Shown piece by piece: positions 61,477 through 64,000 of a DNA stretch of 64,000 nucleotides. The position numbers and the translations under genes were made by a program. Origin of the DNA: Gammaproteobacteria bacterium. GTDB lineage: Bacteria; Pseudomonadota; Gammaproteobacteria; Eutrophobiales; Eutrophobiaceae. The stretch is taken from NCBI GenBank assembly GCA_965205955.1, contig OZ242192.1, positions 1,477,118 to 1,541,117 on the forward strand, in the 5' to 3' direction. How positions within the stretch are numbered: the first letter of the stretch is position 1; every line of letters starts with the position of its first letter. Under the pieces are notes generated by a model, which was not told the origin of the DNA, searched no databases, and saw only the letters and a program-made list of their open reading frames with translations.

Positions 61477-62994
61477 CTATGTCTCCGTCAATCTTTTATC
61501 CATGATGATCTCCTGCCATTTCTGCGGTCCGGTTTGATGAACAGAGTTGCCGCTTGTATCGACTGCAACGGTGACGGGCATATCTTTGACTTCGAATTCA
61601 TGGATCGCCTCCATCCCCAGCTCCTCAAAGGCGAGGACCTTCGCATTGGTGATTGCCTTGGAGACGAGATAGGCCGCGCCGCCGATTGCGATAAGGTAGA
61701 CGGCCTGATGTTTTTTTATTGCCTCGATTGCAACCGGGCCTCGTTCGGCCTTGCCAATCATGCCGATTAATCCGGTTTTATCCAGCATCATTTCAGTGAA
61801 GCTATCCATACGCGTTGCCGTTGTTGGTCCGGCAGGGCCAACAATCTCCTTTCCTACCGGATCGACCGGGCCCACATAATAGATGAATCTGTTGTTGAAA
61901 TCGACCGGCAAGGACTCGTTCCTGTCCAGCATTTCCTTAATGCGCCTGTGCGCCGCATCACGGCCGGTCAGCATCCGGCCGGATAGCAGCAGCGTTTCAC
62001 CGGGTTTCCATGTCTTGATATCCTCCCGGGTAACCGTATCCAGATTTATCCTGCGAGTTGATGGGCCGGTTTCCCAGGGAATATCCGGCCAGTCCTCCAG
62101 GCTGGGAGGGGTTTGAAATGCCGGACCATTGCCTTCCAGCACAAAATGGGTGTGGCGGGTAGCGGCGCAATTCGGGATCATTGCGACCGGCTTGTTTGCG
62201 GCATGGGTGGGATAGTCTTTTATTTTCACGTCCAATACCGTAGTGAGGCCGCCCAGTCCCTGTGCGCCGATGCCGAGTTGATTTACTCTTTCAAAAATTT
62301 CCAGACGCAGTTCATCAATGACATTTTTCGGCCCGTTGGCCTGTAATTCATGAATATCAATGGGCGCCATCAGTGATTCCTTGGCCATGACCATGGCCTT
62401 TTCGGCCGTGCCGCCTATCCCTATCCCCAGCATCCCCGGCGGACACCAGCCGGCGCCCATTGTGGGCACAGTGTTCACCACCCACTCGGCAATATCATCC
62501 GACGGATTCAGCATTACGAATTTCGATTTTGCCTCCGAGCCGCCCCCTTTGGCAGCAACCTGTATTTCTACCGTTGCGCCGGGCACGAGCTCCATATGAA
62601 TGACTGCCGGTGTGTTATCACCGGTGTTTTTTCTGGCGCCGGCGGGATCAGCCAGTATGGAAGCGCGCAACTTATTGTCCGGGTGATGGTAGGCCCTGCG
62701 CACACCTTCATTGATCATATCGGTGAGTGATAACTCGGCATCCCAGCGCACGTCCATGCCGGTTTTGACGAACACCGTGACAATGCCTGTGTCCTGGCAG
62801 ACGGGGCGGTGTCCCTCGGCGCACATTCGCGAATTGATCAGTATTTGCGCCATGGCCTCTTTTGCAGCCGTTGATTCCTCTTTTTCATAGGCGTCGTTCA
62901 GCGCCCGAATGAAATCGGGCGGATGATAATAAGAGATAAACTGCAATGCGTCGGCAATGCTGTCAATCACGTCGTCTTGTTTGATTGTTGTCAT
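61477..62994 (-). CDS. fumA: Class I (Fe-S) fumarate hydratase.
   Basis: Start at MTTIKQDDVIDSIA.... The N-terminal catalytic alpha domain ...CQDTGIVTVF... and the C-terminal beta domain are both present. Confidence 0.9.
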   Translation of the reverse strand: MTTIKQDDVIDSIADALQFISYYHPPDFIRALNDAYEKEESTAAKEAMAQILINSRMCAEGHRPVCQDTGIVTVFVKTGMDVRWDAELSLTDMINEGVRRAYHHPDNKLRASILADPAGARKNTGDNTPAVIHMELVPGATVEIQVAAKGGGSEAKSKFVMLNPSDDIAEWVVNTVPTMGAGWCPPGMLGIGIGGTAEKAMVMAKESLMAPIDIHELQANGPKNVIDELRLEIFERVNQLGIGAQGLGGLTTVLDVKIKDYPTHAANKPVAMIPNCAATRHTHFVLEGNGPAFQTPPSLEDWPDIPWETGPSTRRINLDTVTREDIKTWKPGETLLLSGRMLTGRDAAHRRIKEMLDRNESLPVDFNNRFIYYVGPVDPVGKEIVGPAGPTTATRMDSFTEMMLDKTGLIGMIGKAERGPVAIEAIKKHQAVYLIAIGGAAYLVSKAITNAKVLAFEELGMEAIHEFEVKDMPVTVAVDTSGNSVHQTGPQKWQEIIMDKRLTET

Positions 62995-63284
62995 AATAAA
63001 ATGAGCCCTGTACCATGTAATATGTTTATTATAGCATTTTACCATGTTAGAGTAGCTTGAATAATTCTACAAATCGGAGCCGATTGCAGTATTTGAAAAA
63101 ATGCTTGATTTTCTGCTGAATTTTTTTGAAAATACATGCAATTAGAAATGTTATGTATAGTGATAATACACTTGCAAAGTTAAATAACGATAATTTCTCG
63201 AAAGCGGCGGCTATCTGGATGACCGGGTGCAGACAACAATGCGGCCAGTCAAGCTGAAAAATCATCAAATAAACAGGGTAAAGT

Positions 63285-64000
63285 ATGGAAAAGAATAAAT
63301 GTATTGAATTGATCCAGTCTCTTTTGAAGCGGCGCAATAGATGGCATACCTGCCAGTTGACCGCCCTGCTGTTGTTTCTTACGGTACCCGTGCTCGTTCA
63401 CAGCCAGTCGTACAGTGAAGGCAAGGAGGCCTACCTGGCCGGAGATTATGCTCGAACGGTTGAAATCATACGTCCTCTGGCAGAACAGGGTGAGGGTGAG
63501 GCAATGGCCTTGCTTTCGCTGATGTATGAGAAGGGTGAGGGAGTGCCGCAAGATCCCGACAGGGCCTTCAAGTGGTTGCAAAGGGCTGCAACGCAGGGCA
63601 TGCCTGATGCACAGCACGATCTGGGTTTACGCTATTATGAAGGGAAAGGCGTGGCAAAAGACTATATAAAAGCTGGAGAATGGTGGGAAAAAGCGGCTCA
63701 GTCCGATGTGCTGGACTCGCAGTTCAATCTTGGGCTTATGTACCACCGTGGTCAGGGTTTCGAAAGGGACTATGTCCGTGCCAGGGAACTGCTGTTCAGT
63801 GCCGCCAATAAAGGGCACGTGCGCGCTCAGTACAGCCTGGCGGTCATATACGCCTTCGGTCAGGGGGTGAAGAGGAACTATGACCAGGCCCTGGAACTCT
63901 TCCAGAAAGCGGCAGATCAGGGGGTAGCCCAGGCTCAGTACAATCTGGGTGTGCTTTACGAGAATGGGTATGGAGTCAGCCAGGATCAGGAGCAAGCGAA
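63285..64000 (+). CDS. Secreted Sel1-repeat (TPR-like) protein, 3'-partial; it runs off the window end.
   Basis: ATG at 63285. Signal peptide ...CQLTALLLFLTVPVLVHS. It has at least 6 Sel1 repeats (AQ..LG..Y..G.GV..D...A..W..KAA). It is not in the ORF track because no stop is reached. Confidence 0.7.
   Translation, partial: MEKNKCIELIQSLLKRRNRWHTCQLTALLLFLTVPVLVHSQSYSEGKEAYLAGDYARTVEIIRPLAEQGEGEAMALLSLMYEKGEGVPQDPDRAFKWLQRAATQGMPDAQHDLGLRYYEGKGVAKDYIKAGEWWEKAAQSDVLDSQFNLGLMYHRGQGFERDYVRARELLFSAANKGHVRAQYSLAVIYAFGQGVKRNYDQALELFQKAADQGVAQAQYNLGVLYENGYGVSQDQEQA

Overview
Gammaproteobacterial-looking chromosomal window; host GC is about 52-57% by eye. It starts inside the last 15 kb of a giant repeat-adhesin gene (more than 5,000 aa in the window; Calx-beta, VCBS, PKD-like and Ig-like repeats). 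After tRNA-Ser come housekeeping genes: a BI-1/YccA-family membrane protein, pntAB, serS, folD and crcB. A formamide/short-chain-amide module follows (fmdA, an AmiS/UreI channel, fmdB and an FmdC-like porin), then a fused 1,226-aa hydantoinase/5-oxoprolinase and an AT-rich islet with an orphan SAM methyltransferase. Further on are aceA, an N-terminal hypF remnant abutting an FkbM methyltransferase, yqhA, dapE, a PP2C phosphatase, bolA-yciI-yciB, trpS, scpAB, rluB, an endonuclease-III-like gene, tpiA, secG and tRNA-Leu. Directly 3' of tRNA-Leu lies a roughly 6-kb defence island. It holds an intact MmeI-family Type IIL restriction-modification enzyme and a very AT-rich (about 30% GC) minus-strand operon: patatin phospholipase, then an SMODS/CD-NTase nucleotidyltransferase (a type I CBASS-like pair), then a SEC-C-motif protein of unknown function. 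The island is bounded by an IS4-like transposase remnant and a Sel1 fragment. Downstream are mtnP, hpt, a DUF815 ATPase, glyA and nrdR-ribD-ribE-ribBA-ribH-nusB-thiL. A second restriction-modification-like module (MT-A70 methyltransferase, N6/N4 methyltransferase and HNH endonuclease, translationally coupled) sits between thiL and a class I fumarase, followed by a partial secreted Sel1-repeat protein. No CRISPR array, rRNA or integrase was seen. The many minus-strand ORFs inside the giant gene and antisense to other high-GC genes are judged artifacts.
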